IMG/VR virus record: IMGVR_UViG_3300037483_000793
Span: 32,001 to 96,000 of that record
Length of the DNA stretch: 64,000 nt
Reading direction: 5' to 3' (one strand)
From: a virus
Part shown: piece by piece, positions 27,428-35,657 of the stretch
Layout of the letters: each line of letters begins with the position of its first letter
Position numbering within the stretch: the first letter of the stretch is position 1
Made by a program: the position numbers and the translations under genes
The notes under the pieces: generated by a model
Seen by the model: the letters and a program-made list of their open reading frames with translations, nothing else
Database searches by the model: none
Told to the model about the DNA's origin: nothing

Positions 27428-28156
27428 ATGTACGAGTTGTCCGATCCGCTCAGCCCGCTTGCGCGCGCTGAGGAGCGACAGATCATGCTCGATCTACTCG
27501 ATGTGCAACCGCACCACGTCGTCGTCGACGTCCCAGCGTGGACTGGCTATCTCGCCGAGGGCATCACGAACATCGTCGACCCCAAACAGATCATGTGCGT
27601 CGAAGCGTCGCCGCGCTTCGCCGCAGGTATCTCACCGCGGTTCGATGCGCGCTGCACGTCGCAGATAACCATCCCGATGGCCAATGCGCACGCCGATCGC
27701 CTCGGCAGTCTCGTCGGCATGCATCACTTGCCCGACAAGCTCGCGTTCATCCGCGAGTGCACGCGCGTCGTGAAGCCCGGCGGTCGGCTCGCATTCAGTG
27801 AAGTCGTCGTCGACTCACCCGTCGCCGAGTTCTTGAACGGCCCCGTGCATCGCTACACGACCAACGGTCACAAGGGCGCGTTCGTCAAACCGGGCGAGCT
27901 GTACGACCTCTTGTGGGCTGCAGGCTGCAACAGCATCACCGAGCGCGTCTGCCACCTGTTCTGGGTGTTCTCGTCGCTCGACGAGCTTGCGCGCTTCGCG
28001 CGCGGCTTGCTTGGCTTAGCACGAGCGACCGAGGCACAGACACTGACGGCGATCCGCGAGTACTTCGAGCTGGCCATCACGGTGCAGCCCGATGGAACGA
28101 TCACACAGGTGAAGTTGCCGTGGTCGCTCGCGTACGTCGTCGGAGTGCGATCGTGA
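27428..28156 (+). CDS. class I SAM-dependent methyltransferase
   Basis: VVVDVPAWTGYL, ADRLGSLVGMHH, RECTRVVKPGGRLAF. Confidence 0.85.
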   Translation: MYELSDPLSPLARAEERQIMLDLLDVQPHHVVVDVPAWTGYLAEGITNIVDPKQIMCVEASPRFAAGISPRFDARCTSQITIPMANAHADRLGSLVGMHHLPDKLAFIRECTRVVKPGGRLAFSEVVVDSPVAEFLNGPVHRYTTNGHKGAFVKPGELYDLLWAAGCNSITERVCHLFWVFSSLDELARFARGLLGLARATEAQTLTAIREYFELAITVQPDGTITQVKLPWSLAYVVGVRS

Positions 28157-28464
28157 CCGTCGCAGACGGACGCTGCTTCCCGTGGGCGTACGAGAACCTG
28201 CCCGACGCGAGCAACGCGCGCCTCGTGCACGCGACTGTCCACGATCCGTGGTCCGGCAAGCCGTACCTGCACGCGTGGATCGAACGTGTCGGCCGCGTCT
28301 ACGACTGGCAGTCGGTCGAGCGGGGCATGGGACCGGGCGCCCGTGGCTGGGGCAAGAAGAAGTTCTACGCCGCGTACAGGCCCGTCGATGTCAAGGTGTA
28401 CGACTACGAAGCGGCGCAGGAACGCCCGTGGCTGAGCCACGGACCGGGAAAACTCGTTCGCTGA
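28153..28464 (+). CDS. phage hypothetical protein with Cys...His...HAW (papain/transglutaminase-like signature)
   Basis: GRCFPWAY...LVHATV...HAWIE; GTGA overlap. Confidence 0.7.
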   Translation: MTVADGRCFPWAYENLPDASNARLVHATVHDPWSGKPYLHAWIERVGRVYDWQSVERGMGPGARGWGKKKFYAAYRPVDVKVYDYEAAQERPWLSHGPGKLVR

Positions 28465-28504
28465 CGATTTCCTGCAACAAACAGCTCGCTCGCGCACATA
28501 GAGA

Positions 28505-28607
28505 AGTGACGGCGAGGAGCGGGCGTTGCACACCGGAGTAGCTACTCGGTGTTCGGCGAACGTGGGGTCAACGAACGGGAAAGCCTAGCCCTGACCTCGC
28601 CGTCACT
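28505..28607. ncRNA. candidate structured RNA between convergent genes
   Basis: Perfect 13 bp outer stem AGTGACGGCGAGG/CCTCGCCGTCACT enclosing further hairpins. Confidence 0.45.
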
Positions 28608-28636
28608 GCACGTAAGCCAGAGCGCGGAGCGCCGAG

Positions 28637-29014
28637 CTACAGCTTCTTCGCGCAGTCGACGCAGAGATCCGGCGCAGTCTTCGCGGGACCGTCGATTTGA
28701 TTGACGAAGCGCCAACCTTGCGCCAGCAGTTGAAACCAAGCCGCTCCGCGGCTCTGGCCTATGACAGTGCTGCTTGCGCCGCAGCGATCACACGTGATCG
28801 TCAGCTCGACGTGATCAGCCATCTTGAACTTCGTCGGCCTGTCATCGTGGTCATGGCACAGGAACGGCCCGTCGGGCAGGCGCGGATCGTCTTTCGCAAC
28901 GAAGAACGACATCCGGCAGTCGCCGCGTGAACAGTCCACGGTCACGTGGGGTGCGTTCGGATCGGGCGGGCCTTCGAGCGGTGAGAGGTATCGATTGTCG
29001 TCGTCGTTCGGCAT
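28637..29014 (-). CDS. Cys-rich hypothetical protein
   Basis: CDRC...CVDC; ATG abuts upstream TAG. Confidence 0.7.
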   Translation of the reverse strand: MPNDDDNRYLSPLEGPPDPNAPHVTVDCSRGDCRMSFFVAKDDPRLPDGPFLCHDHDDRPTKFKMADHVELTITCDRCGASSTVIGQSRGAAWFQLLAQGWRFVNQIDGPAKTAPDLCVDCAKKL

Positions 29015-29278
29015 CTACTTCCCTTGGTCGTCCGGGTCCACCGGCAGTCCCGGCAGCTTCTCACGACACTTCGGGCACGTCATCGTCAACGTCGTTTTCG
29101 CGATGCGGCCACCCGAGTACAGCCAGCCGGACAGTGTCAGCCAGCGCATCACGAACGCTTTGGGGTCGGTGACGTGTCGGCCGAAGCCGAATGCTCCGTT
29201 CGCGTGCAGCTCGTGCTGTGCGTACGTCGCCGAGATGCGCACCGAGTTGCTGCAGTAACCGCAGTCGACGCGAAACAC
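29015..29278 (-). CDS. zinc-ribbon protein
   Basis: TAGTG overlap; CGYC...CPKC. Confidence 0.6.
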   Translation of the reverse strand: MFRVDCGYCSNSVRISATYAQHELHANGAFGFGRHVTDPKAFVMRWLTLSGWLYSGGRIAKTTLTMTCPKCREKLPGLPVDPDDQGK

Positions 29279-29532
29279 TACGTGCTGACCGTACCGATGT
29301 GCGTGCGTGCGAGCTTGCGGCCCGTCAACTTGAAGTACTTGACGTCGTCGCGCCGCGGCCACGTGAAGCCGCACATGCGCGGGTTCGGGTAGTCGCCGAT
29401 CATGCCGTGGCAGTGGCCCGTGCCGCTCTGTGGATCGTCGAGCGCGCCCATGTCGAGCGACGTTCCAAACTCCAAGCCGCCGCAGCGCGGGCATTTGAAC
29501 TGCGTCTCGGCGATCAGGGCGTCGTTCGGCAT
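29278..29532 (-). CDS. zinc-ribbon protein
   Basis: CPRCGG...CHG...CGFTWPRRDD. Confidence 0.65.
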   Translation of the reverse strand: MPNDALIAETQFKCPRCGGLEFGTSLDMGALDDPQSGTGHCHGMIGDYPNPRMCGFTWPRRDDVKYFKLTGRKLARTHIGTVST

Positions 29533-29634
29533 CTAGTGACGATAGCGCCAAGCGTCGAAGCGGTCACGTGCCGCTATGTAGATCCCGATGGGGATCCCGA
29601 ACACGATGAACAGTGACCAGTCACGCAGTCGCAC
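29533..29634 (-). CDS. 33 aa single-helix membrane peptide
   Basis: MRLRDWSLFIVFGIPIGIYIAARDRFDAWRYRH; TAG abuts next ATG. Confidence 0.4.
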   Translation of the reverse strand: MRLRDWSLFIVFGIPIGIYIAARDRFDAWRYRH

Positions 29635-29673
29635 GCGCCCGCCTTCGATGCCGAACAGTACGGTCTTTGCCCA

Positions 29674-29961
29674 TCACGCCACCACGAACCTGAATGTATC
29701 AATGACTTGCCCGTTGCGGACGATCGCTAGGCCGCGGCTGCCCGCGCGTGCAGTCCACGGACCGTTCCAGTAATAGAGCTGATCGCCGAGCTGCATCGTA
29801 GCTGCGATTGTTTGGCGCGTCGTCGTGCCGTAGATCTTCGGGTTGTGCATGTCCTCTGCGAGCGTCGTCTTTGGCATGCTTGGATGTGGCGGGAACTTCC
29901 ACGGCTGCAGCCGTTCCTCGACGGACGTCACGAGCCACAGCGTCTTGCCGTCGTAGGACAT
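29674..29961 (-). CDS. phage hypothetical protein
   Basis: ATG 29961; LYYWNGPW...LAGRAGLAIVR-like motif; motif B promoter upstream. Confidence 0.65.
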   Translation of the reverse strand: MSYDGKTLWLVTSVEERLQPWKFPPHPSMPKTTLAEDMHNPKIYGTTTRQTIAATMQLGDQLYYWNGPWTARAGSRGLAIVRNGQVIDTFRFVVA

Positions 29962-29981
29962 GCTCGGCGGCGGCACGCACC

Positions 29982-30007
29982 ATCCTACCTCGATCGCTCG
30001 CGCGATC
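29982..30007 (-). promoter_or_regulatory. motif B copy plus TAGGAT -10
   Basis: GATCGCTCGCGCGATC 29992-30007, identical to 36758. Confidence 0.55.
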
Positions 30008-30647
30008 AGCGCGGTGCACGAGCCGCCTTCGGCGGCGACTTCGGGCCCGGCTTTCGAGCGCCGCGCCGCGCGGGCGGCAGGCTTGCGGCGAGCGGCCGGA
30101 CCCGCAGGTTGCGTGGGTCGCAGTTCCACGGGTCGCCGTCGATCAGCTCGACAGCTTCGCCGCGGGTCAGCGGACGGCCGAGCTGGAGACTGGCGACGAG
30201 CCGGTGAATCGACACGTAACCGCGGCGGTCGGCGAGAACGTACTCCGGCCAGCGCACCGACGGGGCGGCGCCGCGCAGAACGACCTCTCGCGTGATCCCG
30301 TCGGGACACGTGAAAACCTGCCCGGAAGACGGCTTACGGCCGCCTTTGTACGGACGACGATTTGCGGCCTGTTCGAGCCATGTCGCCCAGCGGCAGTTGT
30401 CCGGCGCGTAGTCCCCGTTGTTGTCGGGATACCGATCGAGCGTGTGCTTGGGGCTCGGACGCGGTCCGAGGTCCGCGTAGAAGGCCTCGAAATCCCGCCA
30501 GCGATCGCAGACGCGGATCCCCCGGCCGCCGTAGTGCTTGAAGGCTTTGTTCCCAGGGTTGGTGCAGCGATTCAACATCCCACGCCAGACGCTGTACTCG
30601 GGGCGGTAGCTGGCTGGGGGCAAGTCGAGAAGCCGAGGGCGGGGCAT
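30006..30647 (-). CDS. HNH homing-type endonuclease with a second degenerate HNH-like domain
   Basis: YSVWRGMLNRC...YGGRGIRVCDRW...TLDRYPDNNGDYAPDNCRWAT; then IHRLVA...IDGDPWNCDPRNL. Confidence 0.85.
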   Translation of the reverse strand: MPRPRLLDLPPASYRPEYSVWRGMLNRCTNPGNKAFKHYGGRGIRVCDRWRDFEAFYADLGPRPSPKHTLDRYPDNNGDYAPDNCRWATWLEQAANRRPYKGGRKPSSGQVFTCPDGITREVVLRGAAPSVRWPEYVLADRRGYVSIHRLVASLQLGRPLTRGEAVELIDGDPWNCDPRNLRVRPLAASLPPARRGARKPGPKSPPKAARAPR

Positions 30648-30653
30648 CGAGTT

Positions 30654-30682
30654 GAGGTACGTCGTCGTCGGGCTAACGTCAA
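30654..30682 (-). promoter_or_regulatory. sigma70-like promoter for the HNH gene (TTGACG-17-TACCTC), leaderless
   Basis: -10 ends 6 nt before ATG 30647. Confidence 0.5.
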
Positions 30683-30801
30683 CGCAAAAGTAAATCATAG
30701 TGTAAATGCTTGAAATCATTAAGGAATCCAGGGATCTACCACCCGCAACACTCCCACCGGAGTGTTGCGTTTCCAGGCCCTGATGTCGTAGGGTTACGGG
30801 C

Positions 30802-31281
30802 ATGCCCGACGACGACGATCCGGAGGCCGCCGTGGAGCGTATCGAGCGGCTCTCCGACGAGGAGCTGCTGGCCGAGGCCGCCGCCGCAGGCGTCGACGTT
30901 CCAGCTGAGGCCGCGCGGGTCCGCGGGGTGCTCACCGACGCTGTTCGCCGGGCGAAAGCCGATCTCGATTGCTGGAGCCCTGCCCTACCGGCCGCGCTGG
31001 CCGTCAGTCCCGTCTGCGACCTGGTTCTGCTCTACGCCAGCCCGGCCGAGCGGAGTCGGGCTGTCCTTGAAGCGATCGCCCGTCAATCGCCGCCCGCGGC
31101 TCTCATGGTCGACCGGCCGAAGGCCGCCGAGCCCGAGCTGCCGATCGACGTGTCGATCACCGTGCCGTTCGTGGGGCGGTTCCGCGGGGACGGCTGTTCA
31201 CCGATGTGCCGCGTGCTCGACGGCCCCGACCGGCGCCGCGGGTTGCCGCTGAAGTGCATCTGCGGGCGGTACCCGTCGTGA
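30802..31281 (+). CDS. hypothetical protein
   Basis: GTGA overlap with recombinase. Confidence 0.55.
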   Translation: MPDDDDPEAAVERIERLSDEELLAEAAAAGVDVPAEAARVRGVLTDAVRRAKADLDCWSPALPAALAVSPVCDLVLLYASPAERSRAVLEAIARQSPPAALMVDRPKAAEPELPIDVSITVPFVGRFRGDGCSPMCRVLDGPDRRRGLPLKCICGRYPS

Positions 31282-32219
31282 CCGACCGCGACCTCAAGCC
31301 CGTGAAGCCGAACCTGCTCGACGAGGCGATCGCCCGCAACCTCGATCTCGGCGATCGCACGCGTGAGCTGTACCGCGAATGCCTCGCAGACTTCATCGCG
31401 TTCGCGGGGACCGATCCACAGGGCTGGAACTACGGCGCCGTCGAGGACTGGCTCGGCCGCCTGCTGGCGTCCGGTCGCACGGTCGCCTCGCGCAAGCGCG
31501 GCAAGTGCTCGACGCAAACCGTCGGCGTCTACCGCAAGGCGATTCGCTGCGCGAGCCGCCAGTACGCGCGGCGGCAGGGCCGCCAGGAACTCGACTTCGC
31601 GCGTGACATCGGAAAGATCAAGACGAAGCCGAGTGCTGCACGTGAGCCGCTGACGTACGAAGAGGCGGGCAAGCTGCTCGACACGTGCGTGGGCAACATG
31701 CCGGTCAACATCCGCGACCGCGCGCTGATCGTGCTCGCGCTGCGCTCTGGCTTACGTCGCGGCGGGCTGCACGCGCTCAAGATCGAGAACATCCGACCGC
31801 CGAAGATCACGACGCGCAACAAGGGTGGCGATCCGATCACGTTCGAAGCTGACGACGAAACGTTTGCTGTCGTCGGCGAGTGGCTGCAACTGCTCGCGGT
31901 CGCTGGTCACAAGACCGGTTCCGTGTTTCGTGATACGTGGGCTGCGAACGACGGCACGACGCAGATCGGCGAGCCGCTCACACCGTATCAGCTGTGGCGC
32001 GTGTTCAAGAGTCGCGCGAAGCGCGCCGGGATACGTCACGTGTTCCCGCACCTCGCACGGCACAGCACGGTCACGTGGCTGCGTGAAGAAGGTAAGAGCG
32101 CCGCCGAGGTCAGCAAGCTGACCGGGCAGACCGAACGAACGATCGAAAACATCTACACGCATGTGCGTACGCGCGGCGCCGTCAGTGCGGCGTTGCCGTC
32201 GCTGGTGAAGAAGCCATGA
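31278..32219 (+). CDS. tyrosine recombinase/integrase (XerC/D-like)
   Basis: RDRALIVLALRSGLRRGGL, NKGG, FPHLARHS, LTGQ, NIYTH; SAM-like N-domain. Confidence 0.9.
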   Translation: MTDRDLKPVKPNLLDEAIARNLDLGDRTRELYRECLADFIAFAGTDPQGWNYGAVEDWLGRLLASGRTVASRKRGKCSTQTVGVYRKAIRCASRQYARRQGRQELDFARDIGKIKTKPSAAREPLTYEEAGKLLDTCVGNMPVNIRDRALIVLALRSGLRRGGLHALKIENIRPPKITTRNKGGDPITFEADDETFAVVGEWLQLLAVAGHKTGSVFRDTWAANDGTTQIGEPLTPYQLWRVFKSRAKRAGIRHVFPHLARHSTVTWLREEGKSAAEVSKLTGQTERTIENIYTHVRTRGAVSAALPSLVKKP

Positions 32220-32617
32220 AACACGGACCCGGAGAACCGCGGATCAATCCGCAGTGCGGCTCGCAAGGCCTCGATACCGACGGTCACTGCGGGCGCTGCG
32301 GCCTGATTCCGATCATGGGCGAACACTGCCCGCCAGGCTTCCTCGATCCGACTGTCGAGATGATCACGCGCGCGGCGATCCGCTACGAAAGCACGGTCTA
32401 TTCGACGACGCCACCGGGACGGCACCACAACGTGATCTGGCAGATGTGTGAAGCAGGTTTGCCAAGCGAAGCATGTGCGATGCAGAACCAGGGCTTCGTG
32501 ACGAGCGCGGGTCGTTTCGTCGATCGCTACGAGGGCTTTCGGATCGCAAAGGCGGCGGGCCAGCTGTGGCGCTCGCCGACGCCACCGAACATGCTGACGT
32601 CCGAGGATGTGTGGTGA
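32216..32617 (+). CDS. conserved phage hypothetical protein
   Basis: GRHHNV...QGFVTSAGRFVDRYEG...AGQL...LTSEDVW. Confidence 0.75.
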   Translation: MKHGPGEPRINPQCGSQGLDTDGHCGRCGLIPIMGEHCPPGFLDPTVEMITRAAIRYESTVYSTTPPGRHHNVIWQMCEAGLPSEACAMQNQGFVTSAGRFVDRYEGFRIAKAAGQLWRSPTPPNMLTSEDVW

Positions 32618-32784
32618 CACGCGCACGTAGGCCACAATCGGTGCCGCGCGAAGCGCACCGAGCGTGGCTCGAACAGAAGCTGCTCACGGATCCGTGTCCG
32701 TGTTCGCGTCGTCACGCTGCGCGCGAGCTAGGCAAGGTCTGGGCGGAAGAGACACTTGAAAAGATCCAGAAGGCACTCGCGTGA
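32614..32784 (+). CDS. small hypothetical protein
   Basis: GTGA overlaps at both ends. Confidence 0.5.
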   Translation: MTRARRPQSVPREAHRAWLEQKLLTDPCPCSRRHAARELGKVWAEETLEKIQKALA

Positions 32785-33119
32785 ACCTGAATGATCCAAG
32801 TCTTGCAATCGACGTGCGGCAGTGGCGCGACGCGAACCTGCGCTTCGACGGTGCTGCCTACGTGTTCCCCGACGGTACCGACTTCGAGCGTGTACGCGCT
32901 GCGATTCAAGTCGCATGGCTTGCGCAGAACTACTTCTTCGCGCTCGACCTCGCGTGTCGCTACGGTATCGACAGCGTGCTGTGCCTGCGCTGTGTGCAGC
33001 GTCACGTGCATCCAACGAACATGACGCTCATCGCGCCGACGCAAGCGACGGGAATTCCTCGCGCAGCGTGGCATTCGCTGTGCGACCACTGTTGCCTCGA
33101 TCTCATGGGTGTTCGGTGA
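32781..33119 (+). CDS. AIQ-CxxC paralogue 1
   Basis: AAIQVAWLA...RYGIDSVLCLRC...LCDHC. Confidence 0.75.
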   Translation: MNLNDPSLAIDVRQWRDANLRFDGAAYVFPDGTDFERVRAAIQVAWLAQNYFFALDLACRYGIDSVLCLRCVQRHVHPTNMTLIAPTQATGIPRAAWHSLCDHCCLDLMGVR

Positions 33120-33367
33120 TTGCCATCCCGGATCCGTTGCCCGATGGAACACCGCTCGCTGATCTGCAGGCGGCGATTCAAGCTGCGTGGATGGCAGGCG
33201 GTCACGCGACGGTCGCGGAGCTGCTGCGACAGTACAAACTGTTCGATTGGATGTGCCCGTGCTGTGCGCGCTTGCGGTCAACACGGTTCACGAGCGCGAA
33301 TGCAGCACATCGCGACGCGCTCCTGGTCCGCCTGTGCGCATCATGCAAGAACACAGGCAAGCCGTGA
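33116..33367 (+). CDS. AIQ-CxxC paralogue 2
   Basis: AAIQAAWMAG...QYKLFDWMCPCC...LCASC. Confidence 0.75.
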   Translation: MIAIPDPLPDGTPLADLQAAIQAAWMAGGHATVAELLRQYKLFDWMCPCCARLRSTRFTSANAAHRDALLVRLCASCKNTGKP

Positions 33368-33564
33368 GCACCGAGCCCAACCTCGACGACATCGTAGCAG
33401 CGATTCAAGCTGCCGCTGCCGTTGACGATAGTCGCCTCGCACGTGAAATCATGGAGCGCTATGGGCTCCGTCTTTGCGTGAGGTGTACCGTGCCGTTGAA
33501 GCATCAACGCGACTGGTGGTTGTGCGGTGAGTGCACGCATACGTGGCCGTGGGTACTGCCGTGA
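33364..33564 (+). CDS. AIQ-CxxC paralogue 3
   Basis: AAIQAAAAV...RYGLRLCVRC...LCGEC. Confidence 0.75.
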   Translation: MSTEPNLDDIVAAIQAAAAVDDSRLAREIMERYGLRLCVRCTVPLKHQRDWWLCGECTHTWPWVLP

Positions 33565-33845
33565 AGGCCGACAGCGATCACTTCGGTGCCGCACTCTGGC
33601 CGACGGAGTTTCCCGACGGCGCAAGCAAAGAAAACATCCAGTCGGCGATTCAACTCGCGTGGCTTGCGGGCGATGTGAAGCTCGGCCGCGAGATCGCTGA
33701 GCGCTACGGCGTGTTCGGTCGCGTTTGTCTTCGCTGCGCGACCGGCGGCTTGTCGATCTTGCCGCCCAACAAGAAACGTCCCGACCGGATTCTGTATCAC
33801 CTCTGTGATCACTGTGGACACGACGAGATGCACGGACCTGTGTGA
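33561..33845 (+). CDS. AIQ-CxxC paralogue 4
   Basis: SAIQLAWLAGD...RYGVFGRVCLRC...LCDHC. Confidence 0.75.
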   Translation: MKADSDHFGAALWPTEFPDGASKENIQSAIQLAWLAGDVKLGREIAERYGVFGRVCLRCATGGLSILPPNKKRPDRILYHLCDHCGHDEMHGPV

Positions 33846-34258
33846 TCCAGCGCTACAAGGAACCGGTGTTCGCTGATGACTTGATCATCGATGACAGCGC
33901 GATCGCTGACATCCAAGCGGCGATTCAAGCCGCGTGGCGTGCCGATCCTGCGTACGCTGTGCAGCTCGCGCAGCGCTATGGGCTCTACGACAAGATTTGC
34001 TTGCGCTGCGTCGAGCGCGGGCTCACTGCACTCGAACCGTCATCAATCGTGAAGAGCGCGCTGGGTGCGCTCGCCTATCAGCTCTGCATCAACTGCGTCG
34101 CCTTGGAAGCACGCGAACGCCGCCGACCAGGCAAGCCCGTCAACTTCGGCGTGCCGTGTGTTCAGTGCGCCCAACCGGCAACGCAGCGCGTAGGGGCCTT
34201 CGGCGACCACTTCCACTTTTGCGATCCCTGCTTCGACCGCAAGGTTCGTGGTGGGTGA
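33842..34258 (+). CDS. AIQ-CxxC paralogue 5 with extra zinc finger
   Basis: AAIQAAWRAD...RYGLYDKICLRC...LCINC...CVQC...CDPC. Confidence 0.75.
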   Translation: MIQRYKEPVFADDLIIDDSAIADIQAAIQAAWRADPAYAVQLAQRYGLYDKICLRCVERGLTALEPSSIVKSALGALAYQLCINCVALEARERRRPGKPVNFGVPCVQCAQPATQRVGAFGDHFHFCDPCFDRKVRGG

Positions 34259-34304
34259 ATCCTCTTTTCTGTGCCCCAGGACTGCGATACAAGCAGCGAG
34301 CAAC

Positions 34305-34553
34305 ATGACACCCGAAGTCGAAGTACCTGTACCTGATCACTTGACGCCAACGGAAGAGGCTACGGCCAACGCCGTCGAGGCGGAATTCGAAGCGCTGTTT
34401 GATCGCTGGGGCGAGCGTGGGTTTCCGCGCTCGGTCGTCGTGCCGATGGCGCTGATTGTCGCCGTCGACGCAGCCAAGAAGTCCGGCGTTTCGTTCGAGA
34501 GTGCGGTCGAGACGCTCAAGATGATCTGGCACGGCGCCAACGAGCCGAGCTGA
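34305..34553 (+). CDS. hypothetical protein
   Basis: Acidic helical 82 aa ORF. Confidence 0.65.
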   Translation: MTPEVEVPVPDHLTPTEEATANAVEAEFEALFDRWGERGFPRSVVVPMALIVAVDAAKKSGVSFESAVETLKMIWHGANEPS

Positions 34554-34559
34554 GGCGTC

Positions 34560-35090
34560 GTGTCTACCAAGCTGATTCAGAAGTGCGACTGCTGCGGCAC
34601 CGAACACAGCTACGACAACGAGAACGGTATCGCCGGTATCACGAGCGTTCCACAGTGGGGCAGCTTGTCGACGATGAGCACGACGATGGGTCCTGCAACC
34701 TTCGATCTCTGCGACGTCTGCACAAAGCGCGTGACGGACCTGCTCGAATTGGCGCCACCGGAACCGCACACGATCAGCCGTCGACTCGGCGGCTACCACG
34801 CGATCCCGATGGTCGGTCAGGTCGGGCGGGTACAGCGTCTTCCTCTCGGTGGACCTGTGCAGTCGATTGGTGGGCTCATGCAGTCGTCGTATCCGCTGCC
34901 ACCACTGCCACCGGGCATGCTGAGCGAGCTGGAAGGCGAGTACGTGTTCGATCCACCAATCGCACCCGGCGTCGACACCAGCACAGGCCTGTTCACGTGC
35001 CCGAAGTGCAGTGCGCAGCGCAACTGCCAGAGCTTCAACCCCGTGTGCATTGCGTGCGGATACCAGGATCCGGATCCGAAGTACCGGTGA
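34560..35090 (+). CDS. multi zinc-finger hypothetical protein
   Basis: CDCCG...DLCDVC...CPKC...CIACG. Confidence 0.7.
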   Translation: MSTKLIQKCDCCGTEHSYDNENGIAGITSVPQWGSLSTMSTTMGPATFDLCDVCTKRVTDLLELAPPEPHTISRRLGGYHAIPMVGQVGRVQRLPLGGPVQSIGGLMQSSYPLPPLPPGMLSELEGEYVFDPPIAPGVDTSTGLFTCPKCSAQRNCQSFNPVCIACGYQDPDPKYR

Positions 35091-35293
35091 GCGACTGGCG
35101 CCAGAACATGGCTGACGCACTCGCTGCGGGTGGCTGCAAATCGCAGACAGAGTGGGTCGCGAAGTTCCCGGGCGTGCATTGTTGGTTTGAATTTCGCGGC
35201 TTCGACTCGTGCGCCAGCTGTGGCGTATGCCGACCGTACGACGACAACAAGTGCAAGCCGTGTCGCGGTATCGTCAAGATCGAGCTGCGATGA
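35087..35293 (+). CDS. small Cys-rich protein
   Basis: HCWF...SCASCGVCRPYDDNKCKPCRG. Confidence 0.65.
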   Translation: MSDWRQNMADALAAGGCKSQTEWVAKFPGVHCWFEFRGFDSCASCGVCRPYDDNKCKPCRGIVKIELR

Positions 35294-35451
35294 AGCACGC
35301 GACCGTCAGCGCCGGGCACGCCACGTACGACGACGCCTTCGCTGTCGCTGTTGGGATCGTCCACACGGCGCGCAAAGAGTCATGGCGGGGCCGTGTACGC
35401 ATCAAGTACCGCAAGCGCACGCAGACCTTCGACGTGCAGGTCCCGGCATGA
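35290..35451 (+). CDS. small hypothetical protein
   Basis: ATGA overlaps. Confidence 0.55.
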   Translation: MKHATVSAGHATYDDAFAVAVGIVHTARKESWRGRVRIKYRKRTQTFDVQVPA

Positions 35452-35642
35452 AGTTCCCCAAGCGGCCCACCGGGCGCCTGCGGCGCGTTGGCTTACGTAC
35501 CAATGCCGGTTGGTGCGTGCCCGTCGACGTCGACGCCAAGGGCTGGGTCTGGACGTCGAGCCCGCGCGAGGTCATGCACCCGTACCGCGTCGAGGCTGCC
35601 CAACGGTGTCCGTTGCCACGTCGATCGCGCACGCGATCGTGA
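35448..35642 (+). CDS. small hypothetical protein
   Basis: ATGA overlap. Confidence 0.5.
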   Translation: MKFPKRPTGRLRRVGLRTNAGWCVPVDVDAKGWVWTSSPREVMHPYRVEAAQRCPLPRRSRTRS

Positions 35643-35648
35643 TACGCT
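35623..35648 (+). promoter_or_regulatory. motif B copy plus TACGCT -10
   Basis: GATCGCGCACGCGATC-GTGA-TACGCT before ATG 35658. Confidence 0.55.
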
Positions 35649-35657
35649 GAGGCCACC

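Larger units (their letters stand above)
30008..32219. mobile_element. possible acquired cassette: HNH, hypothetical gene, tyrosine recombinase
   Basis: Shift in sequence style (more GGCC/CCGG, AT-rich 30680-30730) and mobility genes; boundaries unsupported. Confidence 0.3.

Noticed and set aside
28448-28475. Hammerhead-like GAAA...CTGACGA
   Set aside because: Only about 9 nt between the elements, too short for stems I and III, and it overlaps a coding end.
29000-29535. 15 nt repeat TAGATGCCGAACGAC at two consecutive gene starts
   Set aside because: Only two copies, explainable by a stop-start junction plus a common MPND start.
29533-29961. Possible TGA readthrough from gene 29961 into an in-frame 47-codon extension
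   Set aside because: An internal GTG at 29634 explains the downstream membrane peptide; no readthrough signal seen.
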